A stretch of 63,325 nucleotides of DNA, filler included, from Craspedostauros australis (lineage: Eukaryota), in assembly GCA_030167865.1 (NCBI GenBank). It is 12 parts of 12 records of this genome, joined end to end, with 100 filler letters (N's around TTAATTAATTAA, not from the genome) between each part and the next. Parts side by side here need not be neighbours in the genome. Positions count along the whole stretch, not along the records: positions 43,242 to 58,898 come from JALAGF010000233.1; positions 58,999 to 60,178 come from JALAGF010000234.1; 10 more parts are not named here. One strand, 5' to 3'. Each line of letters begins with the position of its first letter. The stretch's first letter is position 1. The notes under the pieces were generated by a model, which saw only the letters and a list, made by a program, of their open reading frames with translations, had not been told where the DNA came from and made no database searches. Shown piece by piece: positions 46,446 to 60,278 of this stretch. The position numbers were made by a program, and so were the translations under genes.

Positions 46446-48342
46446 ATGGGGCAGTGTTCGACGCTACCCACTGAAGGCCGCACTGCAAACGCCAGCAAGC
46501 GTTCCGAAACTGCATCCACTGGCCACGACTCGTCGACTGCAGTCAGCAGCAGCATGTACAAGAGTCGCCAGCAGCATGCGCACGCCTCCTCCAACAAGGA
46601 CATGGGACACAAGTCGACGGCTCAGAGCAAGAAGAGCGGGTTCCTGCATGTGCAGACGCAAAACTTAAACGGCCAAGCAGGCAACCAGTTCCCCGACGGT
46701 CGTGCCGAAGTTGTGCAGCATCAGCAACATCCGCACGGGAAGCAGCCATCGCCGCGCCGCAGCACCAGCCAGTTGGAACCTAACGGACAGCACAGCTCCT
46801 CTCACCATCAAGCCTCCATGCAGCAGCACTCGCAGCAGCAAGCCAGAGGTCCTGAGTGGAAGGATCCCCGGTCGGGGGCAGGCATGGAGCAAGAGAAGTC
46901 CCCACGCGAACCCTTCCCCAAGCCACCCGAGATTGCCGTCCGCACGCGCTGTTACAAGCTCAACCTGGATGCCGACATCATCCCTCACAGCGGTGCATTC
47001 CTTGGCCCATTCTCCGACTCCCCGCCGCCGTTGACCTACAGCGACAGTGAAGACTCCGCCGAAATGGCCACACCGGTCGAAGTTGCTGTAAAGACTGCCA
47101 AGATCTTCCGTGGCATCTCCGTGTCCAAGGATGGAACCATCCTTTCGCAGAACGCGCGTGCCACACGCAGTAGCCGCGGCAATAAGAACAAGAGGGGAGA
47201 GAAATCGAGGCAGGCAACGAAGATCGACAAGGCGAAGGATCTTGTTGAGGAGTGCATCCGCACCGGAAAGGTGAGTCATGTGTATTGCTGAACAGCATTC
47301 TGATGTATCGTGCTGTTGGCGTGCATGTGATGTGAAACTTGTACCGTCTTCATCCTGTGTGGTGCTTGTGTCTCCAACTTCCGCTATCATCCACTCACAC
47401 AATCCCCTTGTGCATCTTCTCAATTGCTGTTATCATAATTATGCTTTCGATGTCGACTTCAATGTCAATGCGCATCAGGCACCGGACTCCGACACACCAG
47501 CAAACATGCTTTCCATCGTTGTCCTGGGAGAGTACGACGAGATGAAGCACCTCGTCCGTGATGGAGCGAAGAAGCTTCGAGATGGCATGGACAAGCCAGA
47601 CGTAAGTCTCCTCTCCGTGAACCGTCCCAGAGGTGGAATGTCACCACGGCACATGCCACCGTCCTCCATCTCTCACACAACAGGAGGCGCACCGGCGTGG
47701 AGTCCAAGGAAGAGACTCTCCCCACACGACGGTTCCATGCTATCGCAGCAACAACGCCAGTCAGGAGGCTCGATGAGCGACCACCTCCACCAACGCACCA
47801 CGCTGGATGTCTCGGTCAACTCCGCATCCGTGAGAAGCCGCGTGAGCGCACCAGTCCAGCCAATGTCGTCGCCTCGCGAACGCCTTCGAGCGCATCCGCG
47901 CGATCGCATCGTGAGATCGGTCTCCGCCAGGCGGCAAGGCGTCGATGGAAACTCGCAGCATCGCACCAAGATGGACGTCACCAACATGCAGGACGGATCC
48001 GGCCGACATCAACAAGCCGAAGGCGACTGGAGCAACATCAGCTTCTCGCGCGGGTTCCACTCCATCTGGAACTGCGGCGGTGGCGCAGGCGAAGAGTCCG
48101 GCACCATCAGTCCAACTCAAGTTGTGTCGAACCGCGAAGCCGGCAAGACGTCGTATCATCACCACCATCCCGTGATGGCAACCGGTGGTGCCACTGCCAA
48201 CTACAACAACGGCACCAACATGCAGACCGGAGGCAACACCGGCACCAGCAGCCACTTCCAAAGCAACAAGCAGATGTTCGAAGGCAGAGAAAACCACATG
48301 ACGCAAGTGCGTGAGGGTGGTATTCATCAGCAACGCAACTAG
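46446..48342 (+). CDS. Hypothetical protein with MGQC acylation-type N-terminus; exons 46446-47270 and 47479-48342
   Basis: Phase-0 intron AAG|GTGAGT...CATCAG|GCA joins two long ORFs (~562 aa). Confidence 0.8.
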
Positions 48343-49455
48343 AGGGCAGACAGAGTACGAGGATGATTGGTCAGTGGATGCTGAAGAGCGAAGGAACTGA
48401 AGTCGATTGCGTTGGACACGCTATGGTGAGCTTTTCGTGAGCTTTGGTGTTGGTGGTGTCTCTGATATGTGCATAACTCACTCTTCCAACACAAGAAGAA
48501 CGAACAATCGCCGCCGCCATCGCCGGCAACCAAGAAAAGAGGGTCGCACTCCAAATCAAGCGAGCTGAATTGGATGAATAAATGACAACGATTGGACGAT
48601 TGGCTGGCCACACATGAGTGTAAGTAAGAGTATGAAATGATAAGACATGATACGATATTGAAATGAAATGAGAGATAAAATGATGCAACGGGTAATACAA
48701 GCAATATCTAGATGATGAATGACAACCAAGGAACAGCAGCATTGCCACATGACATCAACTTGGTGCTATGAGTTAGACGCACGCACGATGTGTGTCGTGG
48801 AGAAACACAACAAATCTCGCCCGGCTTCGAGTCATTTGAAAGGACAATCGGATTGCGAGTTTTCTCGTGGATGGCGTGGACCACAAAATGGCGGAAACTC
48901 CTCGCCAAGTTGGTGCCGCTTGCACGATTCACGGGCGGAAGGCGTTTCATGTGTAACCGTCGCACATCTTGTCTATTTAGGACGATTGTTGGCGTGACAA
49001 TACGACTCCCAACGCTCGGTTTGGAACCAACGCGCCATGGTGCCAAAAGTGTCATTGTGTGACATGGCAAAATTGTGGGCAAAGCCAAAATCGATTCAAA
49101 AACGGAGACGAAAACGAAGCCAACGGGAATCGGAATGCATGATTCGGAGATGCAGTATCGTGTTGGAGCGCAGTATCGAAGCCGCGTGGAGTGGTAGCAG
49201 CAACAGCAACAGCAGCAACAACAGCGAGAGACATCAGCAGCCGCGATAGGGTTCTGCCTCTGTGTACCACATCTCATTGTCCGTGATCAGCAGTCCACCA
49301 AGCAACATCGAAGTGGCCTCACAACCTCAAGAGACAGCGATCAAGGAGACAATCATCATCAGGAAGTCGAGCAGTAGCAGTACCAGAGCAACCGTAGTAG
49401 AGCATCAGTAGCAGCAATAGCAGTAGAGGAGTAGTAACAGTAGTAGCAGAACAAC

Positions 49456-50658
49456 ATGCCACCCTCTGACAACCTCGCATCGCCGTCGTCGCTGGAGGAG
49501 GTGTCTCTGAGCAGCAGCAGGATCAACGACATGGTGGTGGCTGGCATCGAAGTGGAGGCGCTGGACCTGAATCCTGGAAGGAAGGGATCGATGACCACCC
49601 GGATATCGCTGATCGCCGGCAGCCCCACCAGCGTGGTCGACGGAGCGTCCGGTCGCCGTACCTTCGGTGGCAGGGCCAAGGGCAGAGGCTGGGCGGACTG
49701 CGGCATCAGCGGCAGCGAGAGCTTCGATTCGGCGGACGTGATCCCGGAGAACTCCAACGAGGCCAAGCTCCTCAAGAGGGTCGCAGCCGGCGCCATGTTC
49801 GACTTCTCGGAGGGAGGGGACGACGATCCCTACATGGACAACAGCCTGCGCAGCACCGGCGGCTCCTTCGACGAGACGGAGGCGGAGTACAGGGGCGTGC
49901 TCGATCGCCACATGCAGGAGTCGAAGCACCAGGTGGACAACTTCGCCCAGATGGACCACATCAGCGTGTACCGGCACCAAGGCGACGCGCAACAACAACA
50001 ACACCAACAGCACCAACAACAGAAGCAGATGCAACACCAGCTGCAGCAGATGCAGGGCCGGCAGGTGGCGCAGCGACCCGGACGCGCCGCCACCATCGAG
50101 GACTTCATGGAGCAGGTCATCACGTATCCCTGCTGCGAATGCACCACCTCCTTCGAACCACACTCGAGTCTCAAGTCCGTCCTCAGACCACAAAAGCGCG
50201 GACTGCGCACCCCCACGGGCGACACCGTCCTCATCACCAACCCGCAGACCATCTCCGGCGTCCCACCGCAAGTGCAGTTCAAGGACGTCGAGGTCCTAGA
50301 ATTCCCCATGACGCTGGGCATCCACCCCTCCGCCACCACGGGACCGCCCGTCATGATAGACTGGTCGTCGGGACCGTCGCAGAACCGCTCCACCACCTTT
50401 GAGGAGTACGAGACGACGAGGGCGCCACGACGCACAAGGCGACAGCTCAAGCTCTCCCTGCGCGAGCGTCACGCCATTCTCGTCAAGGAGGCCGGCTTCT
50501 CCTTCGAGGAGGTCAAGAATGCGTGGCAGGAGGCTCTCACGATACGCAAGCAGCGCCGCGAGACCTTGGAGCGCGGTTTGGCGCTCATGAAGGTCGATGA
50601 GGTCTGGGAATCCACGTGCCGCAAGTTCAACCGAGCAGTCGATTTCACATTCGGGTAG
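49456..50658 (+). CDS. Hypothetical protein (400 aa), VxF..V..F...LG.HP...GPP...W motif family
   Basis: Strong third-position GC bias, poly-Q linker, ordered C-terminal domain. Confidence 0.85.
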   Translation: MPPSDNLASPSSLEEVSLSSSRINDMVVAGIEVEALDLNPGRKGSMTTRISLIAGSPTSVVDGASGRRTFGGRAKGRGWADCGISGSESFDSADVIPENSNEAKLLKRVAAGAMFDFSEGGDDDPYMDNSLRSTGGSFDETEAEYRGVLDRHMQESKHQVDNFAQMDHISVYRHQGDAQQQQHQQHQQQKQMQHQLQQMQGRQVAQRPGRAATIEDFMEQVITYPCCECTTSFEPHSSLKSVLRPQKRGLRTPTGDTVLITNPQTISGVPPQVQFKDVEVLEFPMTLGIHPSATTGPPVMIDWSSGPSQNRSTTFEEYETTRAPRRTRRQLKLSLRERHAILVKEAGFSFEEVKNAWQEALTIRKQRRETLERGLALMKVDEVWESTCRKFNRAVDFTFG

Positions 50659-51015
50659 ACCAACCAACGTGAGCGGATGATTATTCATAAATGAACAACA
50701 GAAGATAAGAAGGAACGGACAGCTCGGATGTACCGCACTACTGGTCATGCAAGCCGTACCAACAGTGGATACGCAGACATGGTAATAGTAAAGTATTCTA
50801 ATAGACGATTTTCATACATTATTGATGACAATCATGCGGGTAACAATCATGCGCGATATTGAAAATGCAATAGAGCAGAGTCGTAGAGTGCACATCGTGT
50901 ATTGTGCATCGTGGAGTGTATTGGATGAGGGGATGGTAGGCGGATTTTAGTAGAGGACTATGGATACTACCCCTACTTGAATGAGACTCACTAGAAGAGG
51001 ACTAATCTGGCACAT

Positions 51016-52612
51016 CTACGACTTGGCCTTCGGCAGGCACTCTGATTCCAACAATTTGCGTACGAACAGCTCATCCTTGGGATGCTCCCGATCGCCATCT
51101 TCGAAGGTGTAGCTGGCTGCCACAGCGATCTCGCCTCCGTTCGGATGGAACGCGATGGCCGAGACGGAGGTCGGGAACGAGGGCAGAGCCGTCAGTCGCT
51201 TCTTCTTGAATCCGTCCCACAGCACCACCGTCCCGTCGCAACCCCCTGTTGCGAACGTGCCCAGGAACTTCGGATGGAATTCGATGCAGTTCACTGGATA
51301 CACCATGTCGTTGGCGCGGTGGCACTTGAAGGCGTACTTCTTCACCGTGCGGGTCAGGCCAAGCTCATCGAGCGGTTCCACGCCCACGCGCCCTTCCACT
51401 GTGATGCAACATGGGAATGTAATTCAAGTGTCAGTGGTGAGACATTGGTGGACGTTGTGTCGATGCTGGTGCAGGTTCATACAGATATAGACAGAGGCAC
51501 AGACAGATATTGACACAAGCGCATTGCAACTATTGTTGTGAAGACACCCATCAAATAACTGCACAAGAACATCGCATGGCGTCCACACAAACGTACCTGA
51601 TCCCAAAGCGATCGCATTGCCGTCGGGAAAGAATCGCGCACATCGACTTTGGAACTTGAGCGATGAATCACGTTCCAATTTCAGCTCCAGCTTGCCTGCA
51701 CGAAGATCGTAAAAGGCATTCTTGCGTCCGGACATGGCCACGACGATGCGATTGTTGGTCGGATCCACGTCCATGCTGTACGCCTTTCCGATCAGATCGA
51801 AGGATGATATGGCCTCGGATTGTCGCGCATCCCACAGTTTCAGCTCCTTGGACCACGTCGCTGAGGCGACCAACGTGCTGCCGGATCCTGCTTGCTGCTG
51901 CGGCAGGGTTGCCACGCAGGAACATGCCGATGATGATTTCTCATCGCTGGGTGGCGCATGTTGTCCAATTACGGTAGATGCGGACGCAGCAATATCAAAG
52001 GAACGGACTGTCAGTGATTGAGTTGCAAAAAATGAAAGAAAAGGGCAGAGTAGAGGTGATCGCATCAGCGAGGGATATTGAAATAGGGATGCAACAGAAT
52101 GTGAGAATGGTGTGTGGGAATGGACCACTCAACATATGCATGTGCAAATGAATGAAGAATAATTGTGGTTCACATCATCAAATATCGTCGTGTGAAACCG
52201 CACGCTCACGACCCCGGTGCAGCTCCACTGAAATCAACATGTGTGGATTGTCATCGAGTGGAGCACGAAACTCATACTCGTACTCATACTCTGCTTATCG
52301 CCTCTGCATGGTTCGAGCATGTGTCGACTCGCATGCCACCAACGTACCAGAGCCATCCATTCCGCCAGCGTACAGAACACCATCCGACCCCGATTTGCAA
52401 GGCGCCAACGACAGCAACGGACCGCAATCCATGGTCTTTGTGGCCACGTGCGTCTTCTGCTCTGTATCATGCAGACGGATGGAGCCATCCCAGCTGGTGG
52501 AGGCAAGCACCACCTTGCCGCCGTTCTGCGTCGCAACGTACGTCAATCCGGTGACACCATCACTCGGTGGATCCGGCAGAGAGTACGGTTCTGGGACTGC
52601 CTGATCAGCCAT
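51016..52612 (-). CDS. BUB3: Mitotic checkpoint WD40 protein BUB3; exons 52612-52348, 52007-51597, 51398-51016
   Basis: PPSDGVT, STSWDGSIRL, RDSSLKFQSR, GSVEGRVGVE, KYAFKCHR, YPVN, GTFATGGCDG, WDGFKKKRL; two phase-1 GT-AG introns give 352 aa. Confidence 0.9.
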
Positions 52613-53132
52613 TGTCTCTGCTTGCTCTTGTGATGTATTATAATGCTCTGCCACAATTTGGTGATCAGCACGATCCTCGTTCAGTTGTTTTGCATCCAAC
52701 AAGAGGAATGTCTTGAATGAGGAGGTCGGCAACGACAGCAACGATGGAGATGATGGAGACGGTTGCAAGCAAGGAGAGTGCGGAGTGAGAGTGAGCAGCA
52801 TTGTCGAAATCGCCATCACAACGAAAGAACCCATTTGCGCGCAAAATTCAAAAATCGGTTGGCGTTGGTGTGACGCGACGGGTTTCGATTAGTATGACTG
52901 CAAATATCTAGCTAATTCTCGCAGGCTATCTGTTGATGGAGAAGCACAACAAGGCTGGATCATCAGACCTTTTTCATTGCATTGCATTGCATTGCGTCTA
53001 TGTAGAGGACACCGCATCGTAGTGGAAGTGTATAACCACTATAGTATTCCATTTGTGTACGGTGGTACGAACCATCAGTCCACGTCATAAACCGTATACT
53101 TGCGGAAGAGTAGTACTGCACTGCACCATACT

Positions 53133-56013
53133 CTAAACAACTCTAGTTAGAAGAAGTTGGCCATTTTGTGGCGAGACGGTGGACACCTTCAGTTTCAGCA
53201 CATCGCCGCCGCTGAGGTTGCCATCCGCATTCACGAATCTGTATTCGAATCCGAGCTCGTAGAAGTAAATGGCGTACTGTCGTTTCGTGGGGTTGGTGCA
53301 ACCAAGTACCAGGGCTTTGTACACCTTGTCGGGATCCTCCGTCACCTGACGACGGATGTATTCGTAGAGCCAGTATATCTGCGATTCCCTTGCCACGTTG
53401 CGTGCTGCTCGCGCAAGGCCTTGGCCGTCCTGGTAGTTGATGTCGCTATCCAGCTCTTCCATCCCATCACCGTCATCGAAAAAGTCCGCGAATATCGCGT
53501 TGTCACCATAGCCGACATACTCCTCGTTGTCCCACTCATACGTGCCTTCGTCCGTCTTGATCGGCACGGCGCATCCCAGCAGACCCGGGGTCAGTATTGA
53601 TGGTATCTCTGCACCTTGTGACATGAGTTGATTGACTTTCTGACGTCGCAAGAAACGTTTCACCACAGTGTGCACCTGCAAATCCGCTAACCGCCGGATG
53701 GGGCTCGACCATTGCACGTAGCAATCCAAGCCGAGGCCAGCATGCGGCCGGACCTCTTCTGACACCGTGGCAGGTGCGAAGAATCGACGAGCGTAGAAGG
53801 CGTGGCAAAGCCCATCGCCGATGTTGTGCTCCAACAGATCTAGCATCACGTTCTTCTCCTGTGGACGGGATCGGAGATCTCGCGGTGGCTGCGCACGGTA
53901 TGCGAGGCGAATTTTGTTTGGAATGGATGTAGTGGTGGTAATGGTGGACGACGACGACGACAGTGTTGTTGTGTCGTCGCCGCTCTCCTTTGCGGCTTTT
54001 CGCAATGCCGCTTGTTCTCGTTGCCCCCATTTCCCCATGGCTTCACCGGATAAGATCATCATTTCTGTTTTGTTTTCGTCATTTGTTTCGTTCATGGCGT
54101 TTTGGATGGAAGATAGCGAAGAGGGTATGGCAGGTATTGCATGCATGGGATGAGAAAGAGAGGACACGGACAACTCCACCATGCACGCACGCACATACGC
54201 ACTCACAACACGAACTTGCGACAGCCATCCTTGAATGGGCACACAGCGCACCAATAAATGGGCAAAATGATGCACTGCGAGTAGGACACCCACCGCCTCA
54301 CTTCTTACCTGTCACCATTGTCGACGCCGACGATACCGGTACGACGTTGGGATTGTCGTACAGAATTGACGACTCGAGGGTAGATGTTTGATTCCTGCCA
54401 CCATTGTGGGAGATGCGAATCTTGAAATCAATTTCTTGCTTGTCATCAACAGTGATTTCGAACGAGGGGATCTGATTGGGGATGAAGCCTTCGGAGGAAT
54501 CATTCTGGATTCGGTACGAGCGACGTAGCATTGCGGCATCGAGGAGGGCGCCGAGCTCCCATTCTTCGCGGTATGCGATGCCTTCGTCGAACATCTCGTC
54601 GACGTCGTCGTAGGTGAGCTTGTAGGAGATGTGAATGTGCGATGGCGCTACGACGAGGCTGGATTCGTTGATGGATCCATCCGGATTCAATTCTACGCCC
54701 AAGGACAGCGTGCAGGTTTCGACGTCCTTGTTGGGGGACAGGGACATGCATCCGTCGCTGGCACAGGATGGGAACATGGGCAACGAGGTTTCTGGGAGGT
54801 AGACGGACGTTGCCCGTGCCTTCGCCATCTCGAATAATCGCGAATCACGTGGTGCCCAACGTTCGGGATCCGCAATATGAATCCACAAGCGGTACCTTTC
54901 CTCATCGCTGCCGTTTTCGGAAGGTATGCGTTCGATAGAAAGGCCGTCGTCGATCTCAGCGGCGTCGGCACCATCGATGGTGAACACCTTGTGATGCCGC
55001 AAGTCTAATCGAATACCCAACGCTTCATCAATGTCATGCTCCGGATCTTGCCGTTCTCGCAGTTCCGCTTCGGCGAAGGCCACTTCATGCGGCGTGAATT
55101 GAATGGCAAATCCACTGCGCAGCAAGGGCATGTTCTCATCTGGGGTCCACGCGCCCATGTCCACCAGCAGATCGCGCGCACCTTGCGGCATGCGCTTGCG
55201 ACCCAACGCGGCCAGGATTTGGATGCCGGCCGTGCGTTCGGCGTGGTATTTGAGGCGCCGGACATCCGCTTGCGTCCATTGATACGGGCTCGGTTTCGCC
55301 GCGGACACGGTGGCGTACCGACGCAAATGAGACAGACTCTTGAGGCGTTGATCAGGCACGCCTTTGAGACCCGTTTGCGTGCCAGTGACGAGCAAGGACT
55401 GCAGGGCGGCGGCGGCGGCCAGGATGATGTAATCGGGTTCCGTCTGAGCGGATTCGGCGAGGAAGAGCCTTTCCAGCTTGTCGATGCCCTGTTGGGTGCA
55501 TGCCAAATCGATGAATCGGCCTTTGACGAGCTGGTAGGCCGGCGATGTGAATTCGTCCGCAGTTTCTGCCCCCGTGGACTTCCCATCCAGCTCGTCTTGA
55601 ATGATCCCAGCGAGAAGCGCCAACGCACGGCTCTCCAGGTCATCGATCGTGTCCTGGCTTTCGCTGTCCAGATTTTGAAAAGAGAACAAGAAGTCGTCAT
55701 CTTCATCTGGCAGGTTGATTTGAAGGGTATCATCCTTGGCCACCGCAAGCCGTTGCAGTTCGAGAGGCAGCCAGTTCATTCCCATGCTCTCTCGGTTGGC
55801 CTGCGAACTGCGGCGCGCGAGGAAGAGCGAGAAGGCCGCTGCATCGTGACCGTGTTTGTTCTCAACGTCCGCCAACTTCGGCACATCCAATGAGGCAACG
55901 GTATGTCTGATGCGGTGGATCGAGTTGGCGGTGGGGTTGGGAATGAATGCAGAGACAGGAGCCACGATGATCTGTGACAGTATTAGCACGAGACACGCCG
56001 ACAGAACAGGCAT
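53133..56013 (-). CDS. RNase II/R (RNB) exoribonuclease, likely plastid-targeted; exons 56013-54309 and 54064-53133
   Basis: TIDGADAAEIDDGLS, WIHIADP, ATSVYLP, MVTEMMIL (spliced), YVQWSSPIRRLADL; signal peptide ending VSA-FIP. Confidence 0.9.
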
Positions 56014-57393
56014 GGATGCGATTTGGGTCCCACGCCGCCTCGATGGCACATCTGCGTTCGTGGTTTGCTCGTTCTTGATGCTGTGGCCGTTCATACTCGC
56101 AATGTCGTCGTGATGCGCGACACCGAAATGCCCATGTCCACCCATCTTGATCTGCGTCGGCTGCCTCTGCTCCTCTCCACGATCTCTTCGAACCTTCGAA
56201 CTCGGAGGTTGCACTGTTCCCCACAAGTATCTGCTGCACACGGCCATGCGGACGAGGCGATCGATGCACCTCTCTCTCTCTCTCTCTCTCACTCTGTTGG
56301 TAGAGAGATAGTATTGTATGGTTCCGATTAGAGATGTGAATGTGCCAACCAAGGCGTGTTGCACATCAGTATCTGGACACGCAGCTCGTTTGGTGCCATC
56401 GCTGTTCCCACTGCTGCCAACGCCACCCAAAGATTTCTGCCGATGCGCAGAACCTGACGTTTTTGGTTGGCAACCATCGAATCTGTTGTTGCGGAATTCT
56501 TCAGTGTTCTTGACTGACTCGGTTGTGTCATCTGACTGTTGACTAATACGATTAGATAGTGTTGATTAAGTTTGACACGACCAACCAAGTTGGTGGGAAT
56601 GGCAACAATAGTGATAAATACGTGCAACGCAAGCCACGTAATGATTGAATCACTGATTGACGTCAGTTCGCTCTCTCGCTCTTTGTTGTGCGCTTGCGCG
56701 CCTTCGTCGTTGTTCTTGTTGATGTTGTCGCTGTTGTTGGTGCGTTGTCAGAGAGATACTTGGAGCGGAATTGAAGTTGTTTGGTGTTGTTGGTTGCCAC
56801 ACTTGTGCTCGTACACGGCAATGCGCAGGGCCGAAGTTCTCATCGTAACTCTCATTCCCAACGAACGCAATCGACATCATCACACGCACAGCACGAGCTA
56901 CACCACAGTCGCACCACACATCATCACAAACGGCATCAACCCCGGTTCTTCCTTCCACTCGAACACCCAAAGAAAGCAAGATCCGAAGTGTGTTTTGTGT
57001 GCGCAACTCGTGCAGTTCCGATACCGATACTCCCATACTCCCATCATATAATACTTCTCTTGTGCGAGTGGTTGGAGTCTCATCCTTGTGCCTCCACACC
57101 CTCGTCCAAGAGAGAAGGCGTCCAGTCCCAACAACAGAGAGAGAGGCACCAAAGATCCCATCATTTGAGAGCGCAGCACCGCAATCGCACACCACCACAT
57201 CACACCACACGAAAGACAGCTTGCGACAAATCATTCAGGCGACTGTCACATAACATAATAGAATATAATAGAATAGATCAGAGGAGAGGAGATCGCAACA
57301 GTGACAGACAGCGCATTCCTTATTTCACAAGATCGTTACACCAAAGAACGAACGAATCCGCCACAGACCAGCAGACCAACAAACGCAAGAACA

Positions 57394-58898
57394 ATGATGG
57401 TCGCCGCCAATCCTCCACAAGTGTCCGTACTGGAATCGAGCAACGTCCCCAACGATGCAGATGCATTGCATCGAATCCTCCCATCGTCCTTCCGAGTGGA
57501 GTCCACCGACACGCATCAATTATTCGTCGACGAACGCAATGTTCTCATCATCGTCCACCGGTCCAAACCATCGAAGGAGGCGCCGGCCGTCATTTACGTG
57601 GACGGCGACATACTGCATTGCGTCAAGGAGAACATCGATCAAGTGCCATCCATCATCGTACTGCAGCAATCCAAACCAACACCAACGCAGAAAGACGCCA
57701 TGCATTTCCTCAACATCATGTTGCCGAGTGGTTCGCATGTCACAATCGCATCACTCGCATTGTGGACCTCATCATCGGACGTGCGCTCCGACTTCATCGC
57801 GATGCTCGCCACTCAATCGCTGCCCTCCAATGCAGGTTCCGCCGGTATGCTGGACACGCAACAGACCACGTCATCATTGTCGACCAGCGACAACGACAGT
57901 GTCTTCATCACGACACGCGCTTCTCTCTCGTTGCAGAGTTTGGGTGCAGAGGCCGAAGCGGACGCGGATCCCAACAACAGCAGCAACAACAATCGATCAT
58001 TCTCCACAATGGCATCTGCGACCACACCTGCGGCGGCCTCGACGATCATGACGCCGCGAAAACGCAACGCGACCCTGCAGCGACATCTCTTCCCAACCCT
58101 CAAATTGGATGTCAGCAGCCAAATACCGTTCCCACCCAACACCACCAAAGCTGTCCCCATCGAAACGGATCTCTTCGTCGGCAAGCTTCTGTTCATCTTG
58201 CGGCCCAGCAATCCAGAAAAGAATGATCCCTACTGGAATGAGCGCATCTTTTCCAATAAGAAACGACGCGTCATCATGCAACTGCAAGGCCGATTCAAGG
58301 TTCAGCCGGACGGTGAGCTGTTTGCTGGGATGGAAATCTCCAAGCCCAAGAAGCTCGGCCTCATCGCGAACGGTATTTGCGGTGCGCTCCTGCAACTGCT
58401 GCGCAGTTTCAACGCATCCATTCATTATTCCGTTGGAGATGACACGGAGAAACCGCATATTGTGTACGTACCGTGTTTTGTGCGTGCATTTTGTGCGTGC
58501 ACTTGCCGAATTGCTTTATGGAATGTTGAGCCCCGTCCCCATCCATCCTCACGTTAGCTCATCATTCTATTCCATTGCTCCTACATGCACGCATACTTGC
58601 ACTTGCATCTGTACAATCCACCACTCTCCTTCATCATCATCATCATCATCATCGTATGCACTTTCTCAGTTTCCCAGCCGCCACATTCTTTGAACGACTC
58701 GTCGTCACACCGCCTGACGCGACGCCACCAGAACTAGGCGAAGACCTGCAGGAATCCAAACAATCCCAACGCGACCACAAATCGGGCAAGACCAAAATGA
58801 ATGGGAACACCACCGACACCTACTCCATGTCCTTCCATTCCATGTACTTTGACTTTCCAACATGGTCTCTCGCCAACCTACCGTTCGGCAAGGATCTC
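57394..58898 (+). CDS. DUF1769-like protein, truncated by gap; intron 58464-58669
   Basis: VPIETDLFVGK, YW...F..KKRR..MQLQGRFK, HIVFPAATFFERLVVTPP..PPELG, DTYSMSFHSMY. Confidence 0.75.
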
Positions 58899-59746
58899 NN
58901 NNNNNNNNNNNNNNNNNNNNNNNNNNNNNNNNNNNNNNNNNNTTAATTAATTAANNNNNNNNNNNNNNNNNNNNNNNNNNNNNNNNNNNNNNNNNNNNCT
59001 GCTGCTGCTGCTGCTGCTGCTGCTGTTGTTGTTCTCATCTGTATTCCAGCAACGAACGATGGATTGGTTGCGTCCTCGTATAGTAGTGCCATGGCGACTG
59101 ATGTCCCTCCTGAATGCAATTCTCTGCGTGTACATGGACGAGAGGAAGGACACGGCGGAAGTGTTCGTGCCGTGGGATCTCCGGCTGCTGATGATAATGC
59201 TTCGACGCTCTCTCCTCGTAGGTCGATACTTCTGTTGGTAACACTTCTGTTGGTACCACTTCTACTCGTATGCACATCATCATCATTGTCTTTGTTGCAG
59301 CGTCGTCAGTTCCGTGGCTGGTGGTACAATGGGACATCCATGATCGTCATACGAGTGCTCATCTCACACCACGCTTTTCCTCACTCTCCGTGTCATTCTT
59401 GTTCTCGGAATGAAGTTGTTGGTGGTCGTTCATTCACGAATCAGTTGCTTTCTTCAGCATTGAGTCACGCGATGCACTCAATCAACGTTCACCCAACGGT
59501 CGCTGCGAATCTGGCCACTGTCGCCATTGCCATCATTGCCACCACTGCAGTCATAGCACAATACCAGTCAGTGTCGAGGATGCTGCCAATCAAAGGCACG
59601 CGCAAGAGGAAGCGGTATCGCACTACACCACACCACACCATACGTACTTCATCTTGATCGCAGCGGTGTGCGCAGTGCATTGGCTCAACAACGCAACGGC
59701 AGATGGCAGCCCACTGCACAAACACGATGGATCGTTCGCGCGAAAG

Positions 59747-60178
59747 ATGATGGCTGGCATTTTGGTGTGCTTCATACTTCTGCAAGTCAAGGGTCTGTAC
59801 AATGCATCGAATCATCCCTGGTTGCTGGACTCTTCAATTCCACTGGAGGGTGCCGACTATGCCACTCACATCGATTTGGTTCCTCCTCGTTGGGATGCAC
59901 GCACGGATGGTTGGAACGACATGGCGACCACCGCATCCGCCGAGTCATTGGTGCAGTCATTGACTCAGGTGCCAATGGCAACACCAGCGAATATCAGACC
60001 ATGAGTGGATGGAACACTGCAATCCCCTCATGCTCATCACATTCAACAGAAGATGCCGCAACTCGTCCTTCATGTTGGACCGTCGAAGACAGCCACATCC
60101 ACCATGCAAGCCAACATGCAAGAGCTCAAGCAGAAAGGGGTTTTCGAGCAGGACAACTACGTCTACTGGGGGCGGGAA
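59747..60178 (+). pseudogene. Membrane-anchored sulfotransferase-like protein start with in-frame TGA at 60002
   Basis: TM anchor MMAGILVCFILL, then LVLHVGPSKTATSTMQ (5'-PSB-loop-like) in the same frame after the stop. Confidence 0.5.
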
Positions 60179-60278
60179 NNNNNNNNNNNNNNNNNNNNNN
60201 NNNNNNNNNNNNNNNNNNNNNNTTAATTAATTAANNNNNNNNNNNNNNNNNNNNNNNNNNNNNNNNNNNNNNNNNNNN

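Noticed and set aside
56781..58226. 481-aa ORF overlapping the DUF1769 gene
   Set aside because: Low-complexity off-frame translation.
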